Position numbers and translations under genes: made by a program. Below are positions 50,532 through 63,501 of a DNA stretch of 64,000 nt, piece after piece; the stretch's first letter is position 1, and the number at the start of each line of letters is the position of its first letter. The DNA is from Octopus vulgaris (taxonomy: Eukaryota). The stretch covers positions 49,166,001-49,230,000 of the forward strand of contig OX597823.1 in the NCBI GenBank assembly GCA_951406725.2, read 5' to 3'. The notes beneath the pieces were generated by a model. The model worked only from the letters and a program-made list of their open reading frames with translations, was not told the origin of the DNA and made no database searches.

Positions 50532-52603
50532 TTAATGCTCTGTTTACAGACTAAGTCTCTGATTGGTAATATTATACTCCTCAACATATTTCATAGTGAG
50601 TATATTTCATACCATAGATAACCTGGTTTTGTTCATCTTTTCTATTATTCACCTTAGTCAGCCTATGCCAGAATCTACATCAATAGAATACAGTTTTTTT
50701 AGTATTACTGAGATAACCTTTAATAAAGCTAAATGTTCATAACTGTCAAACTTTATTCCATTATTCTTTAGTCATATTATCAAATTAGTTTTCATTAGAA
50801 TTTAATATCACTTCTTTGTACAAGAAATACATACTTTTTTTTTATCAGTTCAAATGCTTTTACAAAAATATGAACACAAAGATGTTCATATCAACTTTTC
50901 GACTTTTTATCTTATTCTATTGAAGCTGTCTGTTGACATTCGCTTTTATGGTTTATTCTTCAGTAAAAAAATTGAGGAAATATGATTTAGAAAAAGAGAG
51001 GAGAGTAAAAATTTTAAATAAATCTTCCTCCAAGTTATTAACATAATATCAAACTTGCCACTGAATGTTTTAAAATCTTAAATCTTAAATTCCTTTGAAT
51101 AAAATTTCAAACATTTAAGCTAAGAAAAAGAATAAAATATCATTTATGGAACCCAACAGAATGCTAAATACACAAAATAAGAATTTTTTTTTTTCCAATA
51201 TTCAAAATTATTCCTTAAAAACTTTAATTCCTTAAAAGAATAATTATTTGGAAAGCAGTCCTTGTTTGTTTTGTGGAAAATAGCTTAGGTAAGCTTATAT
51301 GTTAAATCCAAAATAATACTCTTATAGAATGGCATTTGACAAAGAAAACTCTCATAAAGTAAAATAGAAGTTAGAAGCTATAAAAAAAAATGTATGTTCA
51401 GAGCATGCTTAGAACAGCAATGTAGTTAACCGCACTAAAAATATAGCAGCTAAGTCTTCCTCCAATATTTTTAATGCAAGTTTGTGTGTATATATGTGTT
51501 TAAGTAACATTTGTTGCAAATGTACTGACAATACTTGAAGCAGTTTCATTCCTTCTTCACTAAATGGGACTCTTCTGTAACCATTACACACTCTTCAGAA
51601 TAATTACCTAAATCAATGAATTAAAAGTAGAAGATAATGTTTTTTTATAAATCTTGAACAAGTATTTTATTCTCTTGCTTAAAAGTAGGACAAGAGTAAT
51701 CCTAATTAGTTGCTATGGTGACAAAATTAGCTTTCTGCTATTGAGCAGAAATTTCAGTACAAAAAAAAAATTATATTCTTGTCTGATATTTTTCTTTAAA
51801 CCATTTTAATATGCAGTTTTTTTTTCTGTGTGTGTGTTTTTTAAAATAGAAAGTCATAGATGTTGAGTCTGTTAATTTCTACCTGGAGATAGTAGCATGA
51901 ATTATCATCATTCTACAAGAATTAACTATTTAACACTTTACATAAACAATATTGATTTAATGCAAAGAACTAATGGATTGATTTCACTCTGGATAATATA
52001 GAACATCACAACACTCCACACTACTAGGTTCCTGGTTTTATGTTAAACAATGATTTTTACAATATTCTCTATCAAGCTAGTGAGGGAATCTCTATGGGTT
52101 TGCTGAATTTGTTAGAAACCACAGCCAAATCTCCCTTAAATCAAACTCACTTGATTTATATTGTTGGACAATACAACCTCTGAACTAAAAAAAAGAAAAA
52201 TGCAGAATGGTTATGGTTGGAATGTCTTATGTCATAATTCTGGCCTAAGAGTAAACTTGTATCAACCTCACCAGTCCATAGATCCTTCCTTTTGTCTAAA
52301 CCATAAAAAAAAAATAAAGAAAATAATAGCTAGAGTAGATGTAAGGAAGGATAAGTGTTAAGTTAGCAACCTTGTCATCAACATCATCATCGTCATCGTT
52401 ATCAAATGATCCCTTTGTACCCTTAAATTGTCCTTTTTGAGTCTACTACCTTTTTTCATTAGTTTACTTTGAAGAGATTTTTTTTTACTATAATAGTGGT
52501 GTCAATAGGTTTTTAAACTTAAAACATATAAAATTAGAATAAATACTACAAGGCATTCATTCAATATTCAAAACTTTCTGCTAGTCCATAACCCTAAGCT
52601 TGT

Positions 52604-53801
52604 ATTTATTTATTGATCAAGCTATGGACACATAAGAGGTGCAGCAACATCAAAGGAAGATTAAGCAGGAAGATAGCTTTTGTGTGCGGCAGATGCACAA
52701 GGGCATAAACACCACAGATGCTCAGAAAACAGATTCCATCATACTCCAGGGGTAGAAACTAGATGTAGTTGATTGCTTCCACAACCCAGGTGACAAAATT
52801 AGTAGTGGAGGTGGATGCTCAGAGAGTGTTACGACTAGAATAAGAATAGCCTGAGCAAAGTTAAGAAAGCTTCTACCCCTACTGGTGACAAAGGGCCTCT
52901 CACTCAGAGTGAAAAGTAGATTGTACGATGCATGTGTGCAAACTGCTATGCTTCACAGCAGTGAAACATGGGCCATGACTGTAGAGGACATGCTTAGGCA
53001 CAAAAAAAATGAAGCTAGCATGATCTGCTGGATGTATAATGTCAGTGTGCACACACGACAGAGTATAAGCGACCTGAGAGCATCGGATGTAGCATTCAAG
53101 AGAGACGTTTGCGCTGGTATGGTCATGTACTATGGATGGATGAGGAGAACTGTGTGAAGAAGTGCCACTCCCAAACAGTTGAAGGAATCTGGGGTATAGG
53201 TAGACCCAGGAAGATATGGGATGAGGTGGTGAAGCATGACCTTCGAATGTTGGGCCTCACAGAGGCAATGACGAAAAACCGAGACCTCTGGAGATATGCT
53301 ATGACTGCAAGGACCCAGCAAATGAAGTGAGTTCACGGCTGTATCCTCCACTAGTTTTGCATAACCAGCCCAAGTCCATTCAAAAGTACCTTGGATTGTA
53401 GGGTGATCTGCTGTGCTTGAGGAGGCCTATTGAGTCAAAAACATCAACATCAAAATGAAAATCAAATGGAAATTGCAGTTGTGATACCCATGCCAGTGGC
53501 ATGTAAGAAGCACCATCCGAATGTGGCCAATGCCAGTGCTGCCTTGACTGGCTTCCGTGGTGGTGGCATGTAAAAAGCACCAACCGATTGTGGCCATTGC
53601 CAGCCTCCTCTGGACCCTGTACCAGTGGCACATAAAAAGCACCCACTACACTCACGGAGTGGTTGGTGTTAGGAAGGATATCCAGCAGTAGAAACACTGC
53701 CAGATCAGACTGGAGCCTGGTGCAGCCTCCTGGCTTCCAGACCCCAGTCAAACCGTCCAACCCATGCTAGCATGGAAAACGGACGTTAAACGATGATGAT
53801 G
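52604..53801 (+). mobile_element. 5'-truncated RTE LINE with complete 3'UTR
   Basis: KSRLYDACVQTAMLHSSETW, RWYGHVLWM, GRPRKIWDEVVKHDL, RDLWR; UTR ends in a stem-loop + (GAT)n. Probable TSD aacc(ct/cc)aag(c/a)ttgt at 52590-52603 and 53802-53815. Confidence 0.9.
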
Positions 53802-55025
53802 AACCCCAAGATTGTGAGTTCAATTCCAGACAGTGCCTTGAATAGATGATGGTGGTGGTGGTGGTGGTGGTGGTGATGATGATGATGATGAAAGAGTGAA
53901 GGGTAAATTTGATCTTGGCAAGGTTTGAACTCAGTGTACAAGGAGTTAGAACAAATACTGCAAGGTATTTTATCCAATACTTTAAAGATTCTTCCACTTC
54001 ACCACTTTACATAATATAGGTTTGCAGCAGTACTTGGCATTCAAACCCCTGATATTTCACAAACAATAAAAAGGCTACTACATATCAAGTAATTTTGGTT
54101 TGCATTTTGGCCAATCCTATTCTAGGTGTATTCATATAATCCCATGATTTGGTGGGAAATTTCCATACAGTTTTTTGCCAAAATGCAGTCATAAATGTAG
54201 ACACATAAGATAAGCAACACGGAGGTTTGAGAGAAGGCACAGATTTCAGAAAAGACAGACAAACACAGAGGATTCTTGGTCAGCCATGCTGCTCAACCTC
54301 AGGTTAAAAAGAATCACTTTGTCAACCATGAGCACCGAACATTCTTACATCTCATTCTAACCTGAAGGTGTAATGATCTCACTTCTTGCTAGCATGCTTT
54401 CTCACCTCTAGCAAAATATACATACATAAACACAACACAGAAAATGGATGTTTTGGTAAGTAACCTTGGTTATATCATTATGTAAATAAATGTGATGCAT
54501 TGGAAACTATATATCATTGATTGGTTTTATATGGAAGCTGCACACAACCTGACCAAATAATACAGCTCCCAGCCTGACCAAGCTACAGGTTAAAGGTAAA
54601 CCAGTTTAAAAACTAGACTTACCTTAAACGTCATAGGCTAAAGGTGGACTAGTTTAAAAACCAGACATAGTCAAAACAAAAATGGAAAGTGGAAGGAAAA
54701 TAATTAAGTGAAATTATATTTTGCCTTTAATTATTCACAATGATTTTAAGTAAAAAATTACATCAATTTTTAATTGTAATTCACAAAACAATTACCTGTA
54801 TTTTCAGTAGGCACAATTTCTTGTAGCTAATGAAAAAAAGTTTATAATTATTACTGATTCTACAAAATTCACCAAAACAAATTGCATAACCTAAAAAAGT
54901 ATTAAATGATGTTTTTATTTTTATTTTTTTTCTGCTAAACATTAGAAAATAAACTTATATAAAGCATTGTTAATTTTCATAGTTTTTTCTTAGATGTTTT
55001 CGTTGACAATATTAAATCTATGCTA

Positions 55026-55368
55026 AGGAGGGGAGCTGGCAGAATTGTTAGCATGCCAGGCAAAATGCTTAGCAGCATTTCATCCGTCTTCACATTCTAA
55101 GTTCGAGTTCCACTGAGGTTGACTGTCTTCCATCAACTTACCCCTCCCCCCAAATTGCTGGCCTTGTGCGGAAATTTGAAATCAATATTAAACCTTTGTT
55201 GCATTTTGTCTGTTTTCATGTTCTGAGTTCAAATTCCAGTGAGGCCAACTTTACCTTTCATCCTATGGGGTTGATAAAATAAGTACCAGTTAAGCACTGG
55301 GGTTGATGCAATCAACTTACTCCCTCCCTAAAATTGCTGGCCTTGAGCCAGAATTCGAAATCAGTATT
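55026..55368 (+). mobile_element. Two tandem SINE family B copies
   Basis: gagctggcagaattgttagc head; gttc(g/a)a(g/a)ttcca B-box; tail gctggccttg occurs twice. Confidence 0.8.
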
Positions 55369-55967
55369 AAATCTCTTCTGTTGAATTCTCAACCACTGTA
55401 GTACTTGGCTGCTATTGCACAATATTGTAGTTTCAGTTACTTCAACATGCAAGACCTGTGATTTTTTTCTCCGAATGTCCTTGCTGTACCTATCAAGGTA
55501 TCAAGGTGCGATAAAAACAGCTAAGTGAATTAAAATGTCAGCATATTCTTTCTTTGGAAAAAACAAATTAAGTTTGATTATTTTTGCAGATTTAATTGCT
55601 TTAGTTTGCCAGGCAGAAAATGAACTCTTGGTTTTTTTTTCAATTACAATGAAATAAGGACACGTCTCCTTTCATTATTCTTTGTGACATCATTACTTTC
55701 AACTTTTTTAAATTTTCATTTCAAATTTGCCCTCTCCATCTGTTTTTTCTTTTTTGGTTTTATTTCCCTAAAACTCACCAAAGTTTAAATGACATTCTAA
55801 GACTTGAGTTACTTCGAAGGAAAACCTTTAGATTAGAAAGTTGGACAAAAGTTTCCAAAAGACTCTTGCATATGCTGAATAATGCAGAATTTTTCTAACA
55901 CTTTTGCAGATAACTTTTTGCTATTCTAAATGTTTTTCTTTCTAACCGAAAGTTGTTGAGCATTTCC

Positions 55968-56501
55968 TTATTCTTCTTTTACTCTTTTTACTTGTTTCAG
56001 TCATTTGACTGCGGCCTTGCTGGAGCACCGCTTTAAATCGAGCAACTCGACCCCGGAACTTATTCTTTGTAAGCCCAGTACTTATTCTATCGGTCTCTTT
56101 TGCCGAACCACTAAGTGACGGGGACATAAACCACCTTTAGTTGAGCAAATTGACCCCAGGACTAATTCTTTGTAAGCCCTGTATTTATTATATCGGTCTT
56201 GTTTGCCAAACCGCTAAGTTAAAGGGACGTAAACACACCAGCATCATTGTCAAGCGATGCTGGGGGAACAAACACAGACACACAAACACACACACACACT
56301 CACACACACACACACACACACACACATGCACATATATACGACGGGCTTCTTTCAATTTCCATCTACCAAATCCACTCACAAGGCTTCGGTTGGCCCGAGG
56401 CTATAATAGAAGACACTTGCCCAAAGTGCCACGCATTGGGACTGAGCCCAGTACCATGTGGTTCGTAAGCAAGCTACTTACCACACAACCACTCCTACAC
56501 C
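55968..56501 (-). mobile_element. SINE family A with duplicated 3' segment
   Basis: gagcaa.t.gacccc.g..ct.attctttgtaagccc occurs at about 56040 and 56143. Confidence 0.85.
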
Positions 56502-56502
56502 T

Positions 56503-56745
56503 AGTGTGGATAGAGTAGCTGTAGATTCTTCAATAGTTCGGCAGAAGTATTTTCTTTGTTGCTGATCTGTAATTTTATATTAACATCTGCTGGACAGCCG
56601 ATTTTCACAACTGTACAGAGTTTCTCTTCTCTATCCCAAATTACTATGTCAGGTCTATTATGTTTACATATATTGAGGCTTACATTGGGACATTCCACCA
56701 GTACTCCTTTCCATTATGAGTGGCATTGGTTTCTACCATACTGTT
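56503..56745 (-). mobile_element. Restriction-like-endonuclease LINE fragment
   Basis: KHNRPDIVIWDREEKLCTVVKIGCPAD..KENTSAEL, a PD-(D/E)xK-type motif. Confidence 0.75.
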
Positions 56746-57281
56746 GGTTCTTAGTTCTTTGATTGTATGTCTGTCTGTATGTATGTATGTATGTATGTAT
56801 GTATGTATGTATGTATGTATGTATTTCAGCAACAAACCCATTTGAACTTTCAAGATTTACATCTGTCAGTTCTTCTGTCAACCTAAACAGGTTTTTTTTT
56901 TTTAAGGAATATGTTAAGTTATTAAAAATATATTAGACATATTACAATATTAGATTTATCAAAGATTTCCTTTCAATGTTAAATAAAATTATTTGTTTGT
57001 CTAAGGCTTCACAACCATGCATTCATCAAGTTGCATTGTTTTTTTTGGTTTTTGTCTGTATTTTCTTCTTTTATTATATTTCTTTTAATTCTTTTATTTA
57101 TGCTACAATTTTTGGCTGAAGTATTTTATTTTTCTATAAATTCAATAGAACTTGATTTCAATCTAATTCCTAAAAGAAACCTAATTTTCATGGGAATAGA
57201 TATTTCAAAGGATAATCAAATTTTGTTTATTCCATTCATGATATGTGCAGAAACTGATTTTTCTTTCTGTTGCAGGAAAAT

Positions 57282-57285
<4 letters not shown>

Positions 57286-57365
<80 letters not shown>

Positions 57366-57490
57366 ACACACACACACACACGCATACACATATGCATACA
57401 TATATACATATACACACACATGTATGTATGTATGTATGTATGTATGTATGTATGTATGTATGTATGTATGTATGTATGTACATATATGTA
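57286..57490 (+). repeat. (CA)n + (TATG)n microsatellite
   Basis: Direct inspection. Confidence 0.95.
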
Positions 57491-57842
57491 TTTATTACAT
57501 TATCATTTTGAAACATAACAGAATGCTTTTTAATGTATGTTAACATTCTGTTGTGACTGAAAGAGTCATCCCATAAATTGAAGTTCATCATGAATTGTTG
57601 ACTGTTGACAGTATAATATTCTCTTCCAAAATTCGTTTGTTTGATTCAACTTTTATTCTATCTAACTCTTCTCTTCAACTTAAAAATTAAATATCTCCCT
57701 CCCCCAGTCCAGAAGTCTTACCTATCTGAGATTCCTCCTCTCTTTATATGTATTAAAAACAAAAAGCTTCAGATCTTGGAAATATCATGAAAGAGAAAGC
57801 CTTTAACGTAAAAATCCTTAAGTTAAAATAAAAACTCAGACT

Positions 57843-58270
57843 AGGTGCAGGTGTGGCTGTGTAGTAAGAAGCATGTTTCCCAACCACATGGTAGTGGGTT
57901 CAGTTCCACTGGTTAGCAGCTCGGGCAAGTGTGTTCTACTATAGCCTTGGGCCAACCAAAGCCTTGTGAGTGGATTTAAGAAATGGAAACTGAAAGAAGC
58001 CCATCATATATGTATATACATGCATACATATATGTGTGTGTGTGTGTGTGTGTTTCTGTCTGCATTTGTCCCCATCACTGCTTGGGAACTGGTGTAGGTG
58101 TGTTTACATCCCTGTGAATTAGTGGTTCAGCAAAAGAGACTGATAGAATAACTGTCAGGCTTAAAAATCAAAAAGTATTGGGGTTGATTCATTACACCAA
58201 AAAAATTCTTCGAGGTGGTGCCCCAGCATGGCCGCAGTCTCACCACAGCTGCAACAATTAAAAGGTAAAA
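57843..58270 (+). mobile_element. SINE family A
   Basis: Head ggtgcaggtgtggctgtgtagtaagaag through tail ccagcatggccgcagtc. Confidence 0.85.
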
Positions 58271-58497
58271 CGTAAAGGCTGGACAATTGATAGAATGCGA
58301 TCCAAAGAGAAACACTGAGCTTTATTCAGATTAATCTTCAATAATACTATGTTCTGCATGCTCTGTGGGATTAAGCTCTAAACAAAATTATCTTTCATGC
58401 TCAATCTCCATTTAAGGTTGCAAAATCAATTAAATTGCACCATCATTAGCTGCTTCTTCTTTCATTTGTTTCATTCAAATGAAGCTGTATGAAAATG

Positions 58498-58712
58498 GGT
58501 TTCAAATTCTGGCACAAGGTCTGCACATTTGGCAGCAGAGGAGTAAGTCAATTATATTAACTCCAGTGCTCAACTGGGACTTATTTTATCAACCCTGAAA
58601 AAATGGAAGGCAAAGTCAACTTTGGCGGTATTTGAACTCAGAACATTAAGACAGACGGAATGCCACTAAGCATTTCCCTGCATGCTAATGATTATGCCAG
58701 ATTGCTGCCTTA
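58498..58712 (-). mobile_element. SINE family B, full length
   Basis: Central domain plus head ..tgccagattgctgcctta. Confidence 0.8.
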
Positions 58713-58832
58713 ACGTTGCTGTATAATAATGATATTAATTATTTCTAGGGATTTTACTCATTGTTTGTCAAGTCTTACCATTTACATCTTTGTTAGGTTT
58801 CCATAATTTGTATCTCAGCATTAAATAATGTA

Positions 58833-59397
58833 TTGGGTTGTCTGGAAAGTTTGTGCCGATTTATAGTAGCTTACCTTTCGACTTATTTTAGAACATGGTT
58901 GAATCCATAAAATAGGATTTGACTACACCTCCATTTAGAACACAGTTTAAGTTATCTTTTTGTGGAAGAAGATTTATGTTCTTATAACCTGTATTAATTC
59001 TGTAACCCTTTAAAATGGAAGATAAGAAAGTTCATTTTCGGCACTTGATGATTTGGGAACCAGACAAAAATTGCTGCATCTCGGGTGGGATGTGTTACCC
59101 CTCCCTCCATATTCACCAGATATTGCTCCCACGGATTTCCACTTATTCAGGTCTCTGCAGAATAGTCTTAATGGTAAAATTTCAATTCCTTGGATGACGT
59201 AAAAAGATACCTTGATGAATTCTTTGCCATGAAACCACCTCAATTCTGGGAAGAGGATATTTTCAAGTTAAAGGAAAGATGGAGATGCATTGTGCAACGA
59301 AATGGTTCGTATTTGGTTGATTAAAAATGTAATGGCAAGTATTTATTGACCTTTTTCTTTCCTTTAAAAATCGGCATGAACTTTCCGGACAACCCAA
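58833..59397 (+). mobile_element. Internally deleted mariner element with both TIRs
   Basis: TA|ttgggttgtctggaaagtttgtgccgattt ... aaatcggcatgaactttccggacaacccaa|TA; MEDKKVHFRHLM joined to QKLLHLGWDVL..YSPDIAPTDFHLFRSLQNSLNG..LKERWRCIVQRNGSY. Confidence 0.9.
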
Positions 59398-59668
59398 TAC
59401 ATTGAGTGCTAATTTGCACATTCATTTCACAAGTAGGCTGTACCAGTGATCAGATCAACTGGAAAAACCCTTGTTGATGTAACTGACAAAGTGTCAGTTT
59501 TTTTAAAAATTTATTTTGAAGTCCCCAACTCAGATATTGTCACTGTCATTTGTTATCAAGGTGCTTCATTTACCCATCAGTCATCCTCAGTAATGGTGCG
59601 TAAAGAGATGTAACAGTTACTGCTTCTTTACCTACATATATATATATATATGTATGTATATATGTATG

Positions 59669-59702
<34 letters not shown>

Positions 59703-60167
59703 TGTATATCAAAATGCTTCAATGGAGAGATTTTTTTCCCACATGGTGAGTTATAAAAAGAAGTGAAAAAGAAGGAAAATGCACACAATGTATATATTCT
59801 TTATGTGATAAAATATTTACACAGTCAACAAGTTTCACTTTTGTTAATCATGACTAAGGAATTAATGATACTACAATTTTATGGATTCATAAGAAGTTTT
59901 CAGTCCATTCAAGTAGCAGAAAAGTCGCTTTGTAAATGAATCAGAAGATAAATAAATTTAAGGGGGTTGAGGTAGCTTCTGATTTGTTTATGAAACAACT
60001 TTCCTGCTAACAAACTTCATATGATACCAAAAAATTGTAATATTTCCACTAATTTCTTAGTCAAAATTAGCAGAAGTGTAAGTAATTGACTATGCAAATA
60101 TTTTATCACAAAAAAAATATACATTCTGTGCATTTTCCATCTTTATATATATATATATGTACACGTA

Positions 60168-60401
60168 TACATTCTTTTATTCTTTTATTTGTTTCAGTCA
60201 TTTGACTGTGGCCCTGCTGGAGCACCACCTTTAATCAAAAAGATCAAGTCCAGGACTTATTCTTTGTAAGCCTAGTACTTATTCTGTCAGTCTCTTTTGC
60301 TGAACTGCTAAGTTACAAGGACGTAAACACACCAATGTCGGTTGTCAAGCAATGGCGGTGATGGAACAAACACAAACAATCAAACATACATACACACACA
60401 C

Positions 60402-60460
<59 letters not shown>

Positions 60461-60618
60461 CAATAGGCTTCTTTCAGTTTCTGTCTACCAAATGCACCCA
60501 CAAGGCTGTTGTTGGCCCAAGGCTATGGTAGAAAACACTTGTTCAAGGTGACATGCAGTGGGACTGAACCCAAAACCATATGGCTGGTGAGCAAGCTACT
60601 TACCACACAGCCACTCCT
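60168..60618 (-). mobile_element. SINE family A, full length
   Basis: Matches family consensus. Confidence 0.85.
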
Positions 60619-60634
60619 GTGTGTATACATACAT

Positions 60635-60668
<34 letters not shown>

Positions 60669-60683
60669 ATATATATACGTATG

Positions 60684-60735
<52 letters not shown>

Positions 60736-60789
60736 CATACATATATATAAATATATATATGCTGGTGACATGTAACTTGCTAGTAAAAG

Positions 60790-61244
60790 GTACCTTTCAA
60801 GCATCCATTGGGCCTCACACAACAAGACCTTAGGCTCAATTAAAGCAGCTATGTGAAGCTGCTGGAGACTGTGGTCAAACCCTGGCTGGAAAGGGTTGCT
60901 GCTGGAAGGCCATATTTGTGGCAGCAGGATTCAGCTCCTTGCCATGTCTCAGGAAAGAGTTAGAAGTAGTTGTCAGAAGATTTCTATGGCTTCACCAGCA
61001 TCAGTTTCTGACCTCCTTATTCCCCCAAATGTAATCCCATGGATTACTATATGTGGATATGCCAGGTTCCAGAACCATCCTGAGGCCCTGGTGAAAGCTG
61101 ACAGTGGTTACTTAGTATAAACTGTTAAGTCCTAGCCTGTAGTTGAAATGTTTTTGATTCTTTAAAAATATTTTCATTTTTGGATGGGATATTGTTTTTA
61201 TTTTTCCTTTTATGCAAAATATCAAATTTAGCCCAAACACCCTG
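60790..61244 (+). mobile_element. Tc1/mariner superfamily (maT/DD37D-like) 3' fragment
   Basis: [47 protein letters not shown]; ends caccctg|TA. Confidence 0.75.
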
Positions 61245-62254
61245 TATGTATGTGTGCAACCACACACACACACACACATACATACACACACACACACATA
61301 CACGCACACACGCACACATGCACGCACACACATACACAAATACATGCACATACAAATGCATGCAGGCACACACACACATACATGCAAACACACGCACACA
61401 CACACAAACTGGGCTTCTGCACAGTTTTTATCCACTTATTCTCACTCATAAGACATTGATTATGACAAGGCTTTCATGGAAAACACTTTCCTGTTATACT
61501 AAACAATGGGATGAAACCTTCGAAAACACATGGCTGCAAAACAAAACAATCTTTTTTTAACTTGGGCCATGAGAGACAAAAATAGATGTGGAGCATAGTT
61601 AATATGACATGAAAAAAAAATGACCATTGGGGAATATTTCATTGTGTTTTATATCAATTTTGTTTTGGTAGAGAGAGAAAAAACATGTTAATGTTAAAAG
61701 GGCATAATAAATATTTGAAGCTATGGTCATGCCAAAAGGACCCAAGGAAAGATAATTGTAAAACATTGAAAAACTTTACTATTGTCAATGTAAGAGAATA
61801 ACCATTTATTTATCCAGCAATTTCTGAATTGGTTCCACTCTGAGAATTTTCTACTCTACTGACATCTTAATTATATGCTCAGAAGACTACAACTAATAGG
61901 ATGTTGACCATTAAATCAAGCTACAAAATCAATCATTACAGACAAGCATTCTATTCATATAGGTTACATTGTTTAAATGCAGGTTACTGCTGCTGACAGA
62001 AATATATTCAATGGAGATCAGATTTACTTTGGCTTCTACCAAACCATTCTTTTATTCTTTCACTGGTTTCATTCATTGAACTGTGGCCATACTAGAGCAG
62101 TGCCTTTGAGAGCTTTAGTCAATTATATTAACCTCAGTACTTTGCCTGCTAGTTATCTTATTTTATCAAACTTGGAAGGCAGAAAGATGAAGTGAATCTG
62201 GAAGGAATCTAAATTTGGAATCTAACATAATGTAACTAAATATCAGAAGAGTCT

Positions 62255-62672
62255 TTTATATTTTAGTTGTGTCAGTCATTAGACTGTGACCATGATGGAG
62301 CACTTCTTTGAAGGGTTCAGTTAAAAAAAAAATTAACCTCAGTATTTATTTTTAAGTCTGGGGCTTATTCCATTGGTCTCTGCTAAACTGCAAAATTACA
62401 GGGTGGGGGACACCAAATGCAGACACAATCACACACACATACATACATATGCACATGCACATGCACACACACACACATACACACGCACATACACACACAC
62501 ATACACACTTGCAACAGGCTTGCCACACAGCCTCCATCAACCAAGTTCACCCACAAGGCATTGCTTAATCAATGGCTATGGTGGAAGATGCTTGCCCAAG
62601 GTAGGGGTTGAACCTGAAACCCTTGTGGCTGTAAAGTGAAATTTCTTAACCACACAGCTATGCCTGCACCTA
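62255..62672 (-). mobile_element. SINE family A (old)
   Basis: Diverged head and tail. Confidence 0.7.
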
Positions 62673-63104
62673 TAGGCTATAGACTTTCTTTCAAGAATTC
62701 TAAATTATTCAATTCTCAAATTATGATAACAATAATTATTTCTTTGGCTTAATTATCAGATCATAGGACAAAATGCCTCGCAGTATTTGTTTTGATTCTC
62801 TGCATTCTAGGTTCAAATTCTGTGGAGGCCAACTTTGTTTTCCCTCTTTCAGAGATCAATAAAATGATGGCAGTCAATAAGTAGATGCTTCATGGTGTTT
62901 GTTTTAGCTCTTTGTGTGCCAAGTTGCTCAGTGGTATTTTTAATTCATTGACTGGTTTAGCACCACCACCTGGTCTTTTAGCAGAGTTCACTCTATTGTC
63001 AGGTCATTAGATTTTAGATATCATCCTTCCTCTTCCTCTCACCAATTTCAGCAGTTCTGGGAAACAAAAAATTTATGGCTAAGCAGTTGAAAATCACAGT
63101 ATCA

Positions 63105-63345
63105 TGGTATTGACCAGACTATCAGATGTTGTTATGCATCACTGGTCACAATGTGCTTTACATTATTCTCTCTGATTGAAAGGCTAGTCTGTAGCAGAGT
63201 AACCCATTTACTGCTGAGTGGACTGGAGCAATGAGAAATGAAGTGTTTTGCTCAGGAATACAATGTACTGCCTGGGCTGGAAATTGAACTCATGATTTAG
63301 TGATCATGAGTGCAACATCCTAACCACTAGGCTACGAATCTTCAC
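63105..63345 (-). mobile_element. SINE family C
   Basis: gctgagtggactggagcaatgagaaatgaagtgttttgctcagg...cctaaccactaggctacg. Confidence 0.75.
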
Positions 63346-63501
63346 AAGCATTTAAGGATAAAGTGAAAAATTATCTGGCAGCTTTCATTGGAAAGATGTT
63401 TGAATTTTAGGTCATATCACCTGATACTGACCCAGAGAAAAGGAAAAGAAAACTTGATCCTAAAGGGATTTGGAATCAGAATGTAAAATAACATAATTGA
63501 A

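Noticed and set aside
51409-51591. Helical-looking minus-strand ORF (MKLLQVLSVHLQQMLLKH...)
   Set aside because: No good donor site and no recognised homolog; the length is within chance expectation.
54587-54670. Possible 15-nt minus-strand microexon with a gtaagt donor
   Set aside because: It falls in a local duplication of about 50 bp, with no other support.
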